Positions 57,070-64,000 of a DNA stretch of 64,000 nt are shown here, in pieces. The stretch lies in IMG/VR virus record IMGVR_UViG_3300037067_023910. One strand, written 5' to 3'. The translations under genes were made by a program, and so were the position numbers. The first letter of the stretch is position 1. Each line of letters begins with the position of its first letter. Source of the DNA: an uncultured virus (IMG/VR IMGVR_UViG_3300037067_023910) (Duplodnaviria > Heunggongvirae > Uroviricota > Caudoviricetes). The notes under the pieces are model-generated. The model saw only the letters and a list, made by a program, of their open reading frames with translations, was not told where the DNA came from and did not search any database.

Positions 57070-57564
57070 TTAATGAAAGAATTGCCATTGCTCATTATCA
57101 ATATCATAATATAGGTGATAGGTATGATATTGGGACGTTTTATCTATTCTCACGAAAAGATTGAGATATCCCCGGTCTTTGAGATGGTTTTCCACTCGGC
57201 TTATTTCAAAGTTCCCCGTATAATATCCCGTATGGTATTTTATCATTACTGACCAAATCTCTTTAAATGATCCCTTTTGTGGCTCGGGAATGTCTTTAAC
57301 TATTTGATCGTGTATAATTTGTTGCTTTGGTAGAATACGATATAACAAAAATATTCGGTTAGGGGGGCATAATGTATCTTTACCTTTCCACCCATCGAAT
57401 GTATAAGGTGCATAATCCCGATTAAATTCTTTTTCGATTGTTGAATCATTCATATACGGTATGTTATCAATTTCCATGACATGCCCTAATTCCGAATTAA
57501 TGAACCCTCGGTCAACGGCATTTTTAATCAGTTTTGGTCCTGGTATTTCTGGTATTTGTTCCAT
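57070..57564 (-). CDS. Hypothetical protein
   Basis: 164-aa ORF. Confidence 0.65.
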   Translation of the reverse strand: MEQIPEIPGPKLIKNAVDRGFINSELGHVMEIDNIPYMNDSTIEKEFNRDYAPYTFDGWKGKDTLCPPNRIFLLYRILPKQQIIHDQIVKDIPEPQKGSFKEIWSVMIKYHTGYYTGNFEISRVENHLKDRGYLNLFVRIDKTSQYHTYHLYYDIDNEQWQFFH

Positions 57565-57967
57565 ATTTGTTCACTTCATATCATACCCATCACACCTGCC
57601 CGCCAAGTCGGACCCAAAGGGTTGTTGCAGGTTTGGGGGTGCATGCCTTGGTCAAAAACAAAAAAAAACATTATAAGGGGTCACAACATCCCTCGTTCAA
57701 TACAAAATGGGGGCACGCCCAACATTGATGGTCGGGGAGGGCCGTAAAGGGGATGACTTGCCCTTCCCGTTCACAATATCTTTGCCCTGTTTGGTTGTTT
57801 TGTAACCCTAATGTATAGAGTTTCTTAAATGCATCTTGTTCCATGGTCAGTCCTCTTTTTCGACCATTTTTTGGACGACGGCTAAAAAAAGGAGCCCTGG
57901 AAGTAAAATTAAACACAAAATAATTACACAGATTGCCGCAAGGGGGTTCATTGGTTGTTCCATAGGA

Positions 57968-58954
57968 TCATCTCGAAGTTATTAATTGATTGATAGGGGT
58001 CGGGGTGCCCATTGGTGATGGGGCGACCCGCAGCATTTTTTCGACCAATAGTTTGATCTGTTTCCATTGGTCTCTGATGGAATAATCTGCCATTCCCACG
58101 AATTGTGGAAAATAATCGAGTTTGATGACCCGTTTTTGGCCCTTTAAGACACTTAAAATATAATCTGTCGCATAACAAATTCCCGCCGCTAAGAGCCGGG
58201 GGTTAACGGCTTTGTGGTAGACTCGTTTTAATCGGGCAGATAACCGGAATGCGACTTGCTCTAAATCGTTGAAATATTGCCCGGGGTCGAGGTTTTTCCA
58301 CCGAAACTGATCCTCAGGAATTTGTTTTAATTTTCCAATGATCCCCGGGAGGTGGTCGTCGACTTGGAGATGTGGGACCGGGAGCCCCACCATGGCTTTT
58401 TGCTGGTTTAAAATGGTGGAATGGAGTGACCCTTTTTCTGTCTTCCGCGAGGAATGGAACGAATTATACAAGGCAAACAAATCGGGGAGGGCGACATAAA
58501 AATGGCCTTCCCTGAGGGCAGTGAGTAAGAACACGACCATTTGGACCGACAAATTCGCCCCGGGCCCATGTTTATGGCGGGTAAAAAATAAAAAGGTCGC
58601 TCGGGCGGTAATGGCTTTGGGGACATTTAACGCCCGTGTTAAGTCATTTAAAACCCGGAGTTGAAGGTAGTGGGGTTGATAATTTTGATTCGTGTTGACA
58701 GCTTCAAGCCGTTTCCATTTTCCAGGCAAATAGGTTTGTCTAAAGTCAAAATAATGAAGGCTTTTAGATAAGTATGAGGTGTATGACATTTTGGTCGGGG
58801 GAATGGCCAAAAACGCCACATTGGTATTATACGTCCGCGATTGGTCTTCATTCCTCTCGTTGGGGACATAAATTAAGTCCGAACCATCATTGACCAGCCC
58901 ACACTCTCGACAGACTTCGAAGCCGTCCGCTATGATATATTTATGGTCGCACAT
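57968..58954 (-). CDS. tfb: Transcription factor B (TFIIB) homologue 2
   Basis: Zn ribbon CDH...CRECG, KWKRL linker, LNVPKAITARA, AVNPRLLAAGICY, terminal HTH DYSIRDQWKQI. Confidence 0.85.
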   Translation of the reverse strand: MCDHKYIIADGFEVCRECGLVNDGSDLIYVPNERNEDQSRTYNTNVAFLAIPPTKMSYTSYLSKSLHYFDFRQTYLPGKWKRLEAVNTNQNYQPHYLQLRVLNDLTRALNVPKAITARATFLFFTRHKHGPGANLSVQMVVFLLTALREGHFYVALPDLFALYNSFHSSRKTEKGSLHSTILNQQKAMVGLPVPHLQVDDHLPGIIGKLKQIPEDQFRWKNLDPGQYFNDLEQVAFRLSARLKRVYHKAVNPRLLAAGICYATDYILSVLKGQKRVIKLDYFPQFVGMADYSIRDQWKQIKLLVEKMLRVAPSPMGTPTPINQLITSR

Positions 58955-59330
58955 GGGGGGTCACTCGGTTTTGGGAGATGGTCGGGGACATATCGCGGTC
59001 ATATTGGGCTTCACTCATTTCATCAGCGATCCCACGGCACGTCGCACATGCCCGTTCTGACCGCCATGCCCAACAAGGATAGGTGTGTTTTTTCTCTTGG
59101 ACCGGGGTATCGGGGTTTGGGACTAAATAATCGGGCTTCACCCGTTTCGGCCAAGAGCCATTTAATTGTTGTTTAAAATCGGGGCGGGGGGGCGAGTTGT
59201 CTTGAACAACCCCCAAAAAGCCACATTGCTGGCATTCCCCTAAGGTCTTGCCCTTTTCTTGGGCAACGGTTATGACCTCGGAGGAACCGCACTGTGAGCA
59301 TTGAATTTGGTTTTCGATTGGGTAATACAT
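58941..59330 (-). CDS. Zn-ribbon protein
   Basis: CSQC...CQQC, CATC. Confidence 0.6.
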   Translation of the reverse strand: MYYPIENQIQCSQCGSSEVITVAQEKGKTLGECQQCGFLGVVQDNSPPRPDFKQQLNGSWPKRVKPDYLVPNPDTPVQEKKHTYPCWAWRSERACATCRGIADEMSEAQYDRDMSPTISQNRVTPHVRP

Positions 59331-59336
59331 AGCGGA

Positions 59337-59798
59337 TCACACTTTCACAGTAAACATCGGGCATAAAAAATTAATCTCTTTGTCTTTGCACTCATAGTGG
59401 CACCGGGCACATGTGATGTCATATATGCTGTATAACCGGGGTGGGGCTAAGGGTAAGGGATTTCCAGTTTTAGAAATTTTGGGATAGGGGTGTTCTAACA
59501 GTGTCGGGACTAACTCTTGGGCACACTCGACACAAAACATGCGGCCCCAAGAGCCTTTATGAGTCGTGGGGTTTTTGAAGTCAAACCCTTGCGGGAAAAA
59601 ATCGACTTGGAGTTCGGCGATATTCATGCAGTTAGGGGTAAAACACTGGGGATAAGGGTTTAAGGCACTTTGGGCCAAGAGAATGATCTCTAATTGACCC
59701 GTCCGCCCTCCTAAGAGTTTTGAAGTTTCCATTTCTAATTGTTGCATGTTATGTCCCCCAAAACTCTTTGGTAAGATCTTCGATAAGATATTTATCAA
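59337..59798 (-). CDS. Cys-rich hypothetical protein
   Basis: CFTPNC, CVEC, CARC. Confidence 0.55.
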   Translation of the reverse strand: MINILSKILPKSFGGHNMQQLEMETSKLLGGRTGQLEIILLAQSALNPYPQCFTPNCMNIAELQVDFFPQGFDFKNPTTHKGSWGRMFCVECAQELVPTLLEHPYPKISKTGNPLPLAPPRLYSIYDITCARCHYECKDKEINFLCPMFTVKV

Positions 59799-60120
59799 AG
59801 TCTGCGGTATTTTTAATGAAATGGGTAAGAAAACTTAACATTTCCTTAGGGCTAAAGTGGGTTTTTTCGCCCGTAAACATATTTCGAGGCATAAAGTCAG
59901 ACAATAATTCAAGTTGAATATTATCACAGACCAGTTCTCGAAGCCGTCGAGTCCAATCGGGGATAGAATAATAATATTGGGTCGTTTCAGGGGTCAAAGC
60001 AACATTCGACAAATATTCAACAGGCATATTGATGTTCAATTTCATGAGACGATGGTTCCGAGCCGATTCTTGGGCGAGTTCCGCCATCGTCATTTGGTCA
60101 TACGGGTTTGTCTTTGCCAT
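59749..60120 (-). CDS. Hypothetical protein, possibly RHH-like
   Basis: MKLNINMPVEYL strand-helix pattern. Confidence 0.55.
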   Translation of the reverse strand: MAKTNPYDQMTMAELAQESARNHRLMKLNINMPVEYLSNVALTPETTQYYYSIPDWTRRLRELVCDNIQLELLSDFMPRNMFTGEKTHFSPKEMLSFLTHFIKNTADFDKYLIEDLTKEFWGT

Positions 60121-60126
60121 ATTCTC

Positions 60127-60543
60127 TCATTCGCTTATCTGTGATTTGAATTCTTGGGGCTGGTATCGCCCGGTCAGAGCGACTTGTTTTAAAATTAATT
60201 TAGACGTAATCTGGCGGTCAGCGGCATACTGGATCTCGCCTTTGGTCAATTCCATCCGACCGTCCACTTTCGTATATTCGATGGTGTGGAACGGTTCGGG
60301 GTCCAGAAAATAATAGGTATTCCGCAGGTCAATGGTGATTTTCTCAAACGCATCTAAGGGCTCATTAAAAATACTAAACGAAGAACAGCACTCGGCATCA
60401 CCCCGGTCTTCCATGATATACCCGGCAATAATGGACTTGTGGCTATATGATTCCTCTTGGAAGACCCGGACATAATCACATGCAATTTTCACCCGGGTCT
60501 CGCCCATATACAGCGACACCAAGCACCGGAACCCCCCGCTCAC
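60127..60543 (-). CDS. Hypothetical protein
   Basis: Probable GTG start overlapping the TGA of 60540..61274. Confidence 0.55.
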   Translation of the reverse strand: MSGGFRCLVSLYMGETRVKIACDYVRVFQEESYSHKSIIAGYIMEDRGDAECCSSFSIFNEPLDAFEKITIDLRNTYYFLDPEPFHTIEYTKVDGRMELTKGEIQYAADRQITSKLILKQVALTGRYQPQEFKSQISE

Positions 60544-61274
60544 GGGTGAGCCCCTCCGGTCTTCTCTTTTGCATTGAACGTGGTAAAACGGAGTTGGATA
60601 ATATCGTTGAAGATCGCCGCTAAGGTTTTGACTGTCGAGGGCCGGGGTTTCGAGGCATAATTGTGGGTGACCCACCCTTCAAACTCCCCCCGCTGCCCTG
60701 ATCCGGTAATTAAAGGGGCAATCAAGGCTTCGGCGTCTTCTTTTTTGATATAGAAGTCCATAAAAGTAGGGTGCGGGGCTAACACCGCCGAAATGGGTAT
60801 GTCGGCAGGGGGAATTTGGGCCATATAGAGTTCTTGGTGGAGCTTGGCCACTTGCACGGTCAATGATTCGAGCCGGGAAGTGAGTTCCAAAGTGGTATTT
60901 TGCCCATTGATTACTAAGTTGTTTAACTCGACAAATTTGGTTTCCAAAGCGAGGACTTCATGGGACTGACTTTTGGTCTCAGAAGTCTCGGGGGAAGTTT
61001 TTTCCACTATTGTGGTCTTGTTCCGGGGTTTTTTGGTGGTTTGTTTCGAGACTGACTTGGACTGACTTTCGGTCTCAGAAGTCTCATCTCCCCTTTGAAG
61101 GGCCTTTGGGGGTTCCAATAGCTTTTGTGGGGATGACCGAGACTCCCCGAGACTCTCAACTGTCTCCTTGTCTTTTAACCCTATTTTAGGAAGCACAGGC
61201 GGAAGCAATGGCGGGGCCGCGATTGCTTGTTGTTTTTGGGCTTGGAGTTTTTTCATTTTATCGCTGAGGCTCAT
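60540..61274 (-). CDS. Low-complexity plus coiled-coil protein with possible C-terminal HTH
   Basis: ETSETESQS/ETSETKSQS repeat, heptad region, PSTVKTLAAIF. Confidence 0.7.
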   Translation of the reverse strand: MSLSDKMKKLQAQKQQAIAAPPLLPPVLPKIGLKDKETVESLGESRSSPQKLLEPPKALQRGDETSETESQSKSVSKQTTKKPRNKTTIVEKTSPETSETKSQSHEVLALETKFVELNNLVINGQNTTLELTSRLESLTVQVAKLHQELYMAQIPPADIPISAVLAPHPTFMDFYIKKEDAEALIAPLITGSGQRGEFEGWVTHNYASKPRPSTVKTLAAIFNDIIQLRFTTFNAKEKTGGAHP

Positions 61275-61588
61275 GGTCCGACCACCTTTTCGATCGCTTC
61301 AATTAATTGAATGTCTTCGTCTGTAAATTGTAGGGCTGCCGTGTCTTGGCGGTTAAAAAATGCATAAAATTGGCCCAATACTTTTTTCAAGTCCATCACC
61401 ATCAAGCGGTCTGCCTTGTCTTCCGGGGCCATGCCCCTGACCGCCCGTTTAATTTGGACCACAGAAGACCGCCCAACACCATCAGAAAAATGTTGGCGGG
61501 TCGCAAAAATGGCATCGTTAATGGTCAAGCCCGGGTTCTTAAGAAAGAGCCCTTCGAGAAAGGCCCGTTTTTCATCCACCATCATCAT
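61271..61588 (-). CDS. Small HTH-like protein
   Basis: NPGLTINDAIFATRQHFSDGVGRSSVVQIK; start at MMMVDE after AAGGTGA. Confidence 0.6.
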   Translation of the reverse strand: MMMVDEKRAFLEGLFLKNPGLTINDAIFATRQHFSDGVGRSSVVQIKRAVRGMAPEDKADRLMVMDLKKVLGQFYAFFNRQDTAALQFTDEDIQLIEAIEKVVGP

Positions 61589-61806
61589 CAAGGTCACCTT
61601 CACAGTGTTCAGCTTCCCACGCTTTCGTGGCAGCCCGAAAATCCTCGATCGTAAAGGTCTCGTCAAAGAGAAGCGATTTCGGGGGCTGTAAGTGGGACAA
61701 CCGTTTTTCGTGTTGTTTCATAAAATCGAGCATTGTCGACATAGGGTGCGGGGGCGGCGGGAGGCCCGCCGTAGTTTCCGCCTATTTCGAAGAGGGAAGA
61801 AAAAAA

Positions 61807-61980
61807 TTAGGCATAGGGGTAGGCCCGTTCTAAACCTAAGAGCCAGTTTAATTGGTGGTCTCGTTTTTGTAAATGGGTCTGGTTGCAGTGGTGGCAGACG
61901 ACCCGGCGGGGGTGCCGGAGGATAAAACTCTCCCCGATAATGGGGTTGCCACATTCTTCGCAAATGATGGGTTTGGGCAT
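61807..61980 (-). CDS. 57-aa Zn-finger microprotein (below ORF-track cutoff)
   Basis: MPKPIICEECG...VVCHHC...; GAGGTGA RBS. Confidence 0.6.
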   Translation of the reverse strand: MPKPIICEECGNPIIGESFILRHPRRVVCHHCNQTHLQKRDHQLNWLLGLERAYPYA

Positions 61981-61982
61981 TG

Positions 61983-62264
61983 TTACGTAGTCACCTCGAG
62001 TAATTTAAAAAACACTAAGGGCCGCCCACACGAATTGGTAGGCCGGGAAAATTTCTTGACCATATTGAAATGCGACAACCGCATTAAGTTGTCATAAACA
62101 GTCGACCAAGGGTAATGGACTGCCTGGGCTAAATCGCGGCGGGTCATTGGCCCGTTTTTCTCCAGTAGTTTTATTAATTCGAGTTGGAGGAGGCTGGGCA
62201 TAAACCCGTTGACCTCGATACAGTGGTCAGTGAGGTGTTGGGTGTGTTTGTCAGACAGGATCAT
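61983..62264 (-). CDS. Winged-helix (TrmB/ArsR-like) regulator
   Basis: LEKNGPMTRRDLAQAVHYPWSTVYDNLMRL...GRPLVFF. Confidence 0.85.
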   Translation of the reverse strand: MILSDKHTQHLTDHCIEVNGFMPSLLQLELIKLLEKNGPMTRRDLAQAVHYPWSTVYDNLMRLSHFNMVKKFSRPTNSCGRPLVFFKLLEVTT

Positions 62265-62709
62265 GGGGGATCTCCTCTGAAATGCGAGTGTTAAGGGCCC
62301 GGCGGGCTGCGGCCCATTTGGCCCGGCGAGCTTTATTATGCCGGGAATCCCTAAACGAGACAAAATGCGGCTGAAAGGCCTGGTGGAGTTTTTGGCCTAA
62401 GGCCCAAATCACGGCGTCCCGCATTAAAAGGTGGTCGGTCGCATGTCCCCATTGAGCGTCCGTTAACGAAATAGCAATTGACTGCGTCCCCCCTTCATGG
62501 TATTGGGTCGCTCCAAAGGAGGGGATGGTGGTCGGTTTATCGGCATCAAGCCACCGTTCAAACAATTGCCGGAAAAATTCGGCCAAGCTTTTGGCATATT
62601 TGGGCCAGACTTGACGCATAAGGGTCAGAATGTCAGTGGGCACCGAAAGGGTTAAGATATTCTTGCCCTTTGGGTCCTCGTTCAATATGTTATCAGTTGT
62701 GGCAGTCAT
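62251..62709 (-). CDS. Tandem RHH-like protein
   Basis: ILTLSVP...SLAEFFRQLFERWL and SIAISLT...LMRDAVIWAL. Confidence 0.6.
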   Translation of the reverse strand: MTATTDNILNEDPKGKNILTLSVPTDILTLMRQVWPKYAKSLAEFFRQLFERWLDADKPTTIPSFGATQYHEGGTQSIAISLTDAQWGHATDHLLMRDAVIWALGQKLHQAFQPHFVSFRDSRHNKARRAKWAAARRALNTRISEEIPHDPV

Positions 62710-62751
62710 ACATAATTACCTTCATTTTTTGATTAAAATCATAAAAAAACG

Positions 62752-63018
62752 TTATTTGCGGTCATACCGACACGCTGGGAGGGTACACCCGGCGTTCGAC
62801 CATGCATCGCATTCGAGACAGCTAATTTTATAGACCGAAAAAGGGGAATCGGTCGTGGCAATTTTTAGGACTTGCCCGGCATTTTTTAATTCAGTCAATG
62901 CCTGGTAAATCGCCGTGTTGATGTCTCTCAATTCATTACTCATTTCAAGGAGACTCAAAGCCCCCCGTTCTCGTAAAAGGGTCAAGATAATGGCTTGTAA
63001 AGGGTTGTCGGACGCCAT
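62752..63018 (-). CDS. Winged-helix protein with Cys-rich tail
   Basis: ILTLLRERGALSLLEMSNEL....IYQALTELKNAGQV. Confidence 0.75.
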   Translation of the reverse strand: MASDNPLQAIILTLLRERGALSLLEMSNELRDINTAIYQALTELKNAGQVLKIATTDSPFSVYKISCLECDAWSNAGCTLPACRYDRK

Positions 63019-63021
63019 GGT

Positions 63022-63984
63022 TCAGACACTCCCATTTTGGACTTGATCTTGTGTCGCTTTCCATCTGAAGTTTTGTTGATGCAAAAGGTCTTGGAGATCT
63101 TGGGATAAAGGGTCAAAGGACGGCTGTTTTATTTTTTTGAGATAGTTCCTTAAACTTAATGGATTCATATTGTTTGACAACTGGAATTTGACAAACAACT
63201 CACAGATAGCCTTTTGAGAGCTTACGGCACAGATTTGAAGATAGACCACCATTCCCGCCAAATAATCAGCCCGAATGGTATTCCTTTTTTTGAAGCATGT
63301 TTTTTCGATGGTTTTTATCATTGCTACCCCCGTCTCACTTGAGAAGGGAAGGTCTGTGAGTTCTGGGTGAAATTCTGTGTCAAAGGTCGCCCTAAATTGC
63401 CGATATAATTGTTGGGCCACTGAACATGCGACCGTCTTGCAAATGACTTTCGGGTCGGTCATAAGGGCTTGTTTTGCTTTGATTATGGCCGCATTGTGCA
63501 AAGTGTGAAAGGCCGAGGGGTGGGTCGTATTTTTGGGCCTACCTTTTGGGTGCTTTTGATAATATATTTTTTGATCAGATGGAGCCATTTTAGCAAAGGG
63601 GAGCGTATTTCCCAGTTCATCAATGGGAGTATTTAACCCCGTGTCCATTATGGTTTCAATGAAAGAAGTCATGAACGAAAATTTAAGGCCCTGGCGAGCG
63701 ATATTCCATTTTATAAAATCTTTCATAGGTATTCTTAAATGGAGAATATGGGAGGGCCCCGAACAAGTGGTAGTTTTAGAAAGGGGATTAAGCAGATCAA
63801 GCACATGATCTATCGTGGTATTTATCACGATTGGGACGAAAGAAGCCAGGGTCGGATAACCATGACTTTGGCAAAGTGTTTCCAATTTGATAAAATTTGT
63901 TTCGGACAAGCGGCAACACATATCCTTCATGTCTGGCCAAGAATCCAATTGGCCCTTCGTTTCACGGATGTTTTTCACAAACAC
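63022..63984 (-). CDS. Putative double-RHH plus TFB-like cyclin/HTH fusion protein
   Basis: RLSETNF..TLASFV and LRIPMKDF..MTSFIETI (RHH-like); RADYLAGMVVYL..SQKAIC..PLSLRNYLKKI (TFB repeat-2-like). Confidence 0.5.
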   Translation of the reverse strand: MFVKNIRETKGQLDSWPDMKDMCCRLSETNFIKLETLCQSHGYPTLASFVPIVINTTIDHVLDLLNPLSKTTTCSGPSHILHLRIPMKDFIKWNIARQGLKFSFMTSFIETIMDTGLNTPIDELGNTLPFAKMAPSDQKIYYQKHPKGRPKNTTHPSAFHTLHNAAIIKAKQALMTDPKVICKTVACSVAQQLYRQFRATFDTEFHPELTDLPFSSETGVAMIKTIEKTCFKKRNTIRADYLAGMVVYLQICAVSSQKAICELFVKFQLSNNMNPLSLRNYLKKIKQPSFDPLSQDLQDLLHQQNFRWKATQDQVQNGSV

Positions 63985-64000
63985 TTTACTCGTCTCCTTT

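Larger units (their letters stand above)
1..64000 (-). mobile_element. Segment of a large archaeal (probably Asgard/Lokiarchaeia) virus or virus-like element; both ends lie outside the window
   Basis: Unidirectional dense gene packing, no housekeeping genes, own helicase and candidate origin, tyrosine recombinase, ERF, MTases, TFB homologues, membrane-protein operon with P-loop ATPase, archaeal GGTGA RBS motifs. Confidence 0.85.

Noticed and set aside
56769..57107. 112-aa ORF from the track
   Set aside because: Its upstream part crosses a hairpin-rich spacer; only the last 38 codons from ATG 56885 have an RBS
57593..57643. Third tRNA-like element (ACCTGC/GCAGGT stem with TCCGACT)
   Set aside because: The would-be T-stem does not pair
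200..63808. All plus-strand ORFs in the track
   Set aside because: They are antisense shadows of longer minus-strand genes, without recognisable motifs or RBS context

Overview
The window looks like part of one large archaeal virus or virus-like element. Nearly all credible genes are on the minus strand, tightly packed with ATGA/TAATG overlaps and GGTGA/GGAG ribosome-binding sites, and I see no rRNA, ribosomal-protein or core metabolic genes. The RHH and winged-helix regulators resemble, from recall, types common in Lokiarchaeia, so an Asgard host is likely but inferred. (1) 1-15.3 kb is an operon of about 18 mostly membrane or secreted proteins. It includes a 1384-aa lectin-like plus glycosylated coiled-coil spike, a CPBP intramembrane protease, several two-TM ~100-aa proteins and a Zot/pI/FtsK-HerA-like ATPase cut by the left edge and missing from the ORF track. 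No HK97 or jelly-roll capsid, terminase or portal is recognisable, which suggests an enveloped, spindle-shaped or pleomorphic particle. (2) 15.8-19.3 kb holds a candidate origin (converging GTGAACAA repeats around an AT-rich palindromic core) beside a chimeric helicase with MCM N- and C-terminal domains but an SF3/DUF927-like ATPase core. (3) 19-64 kb is an accessory region: two full TFB homologues plus a possible RHH-cyclin fusion, two DNA methyltransferases, HNH, NADAR, DUF1643, a DUF6293 CARF-like regulator, a tyrosine recombinase, MoxR/RavA plus VWA, ERF, DUF6745, and many RHH and Zn-finger microproteins. Two intergenic elements fold like the top half of a tRNA. All family calls come from visual motif recognition; no searches were run.
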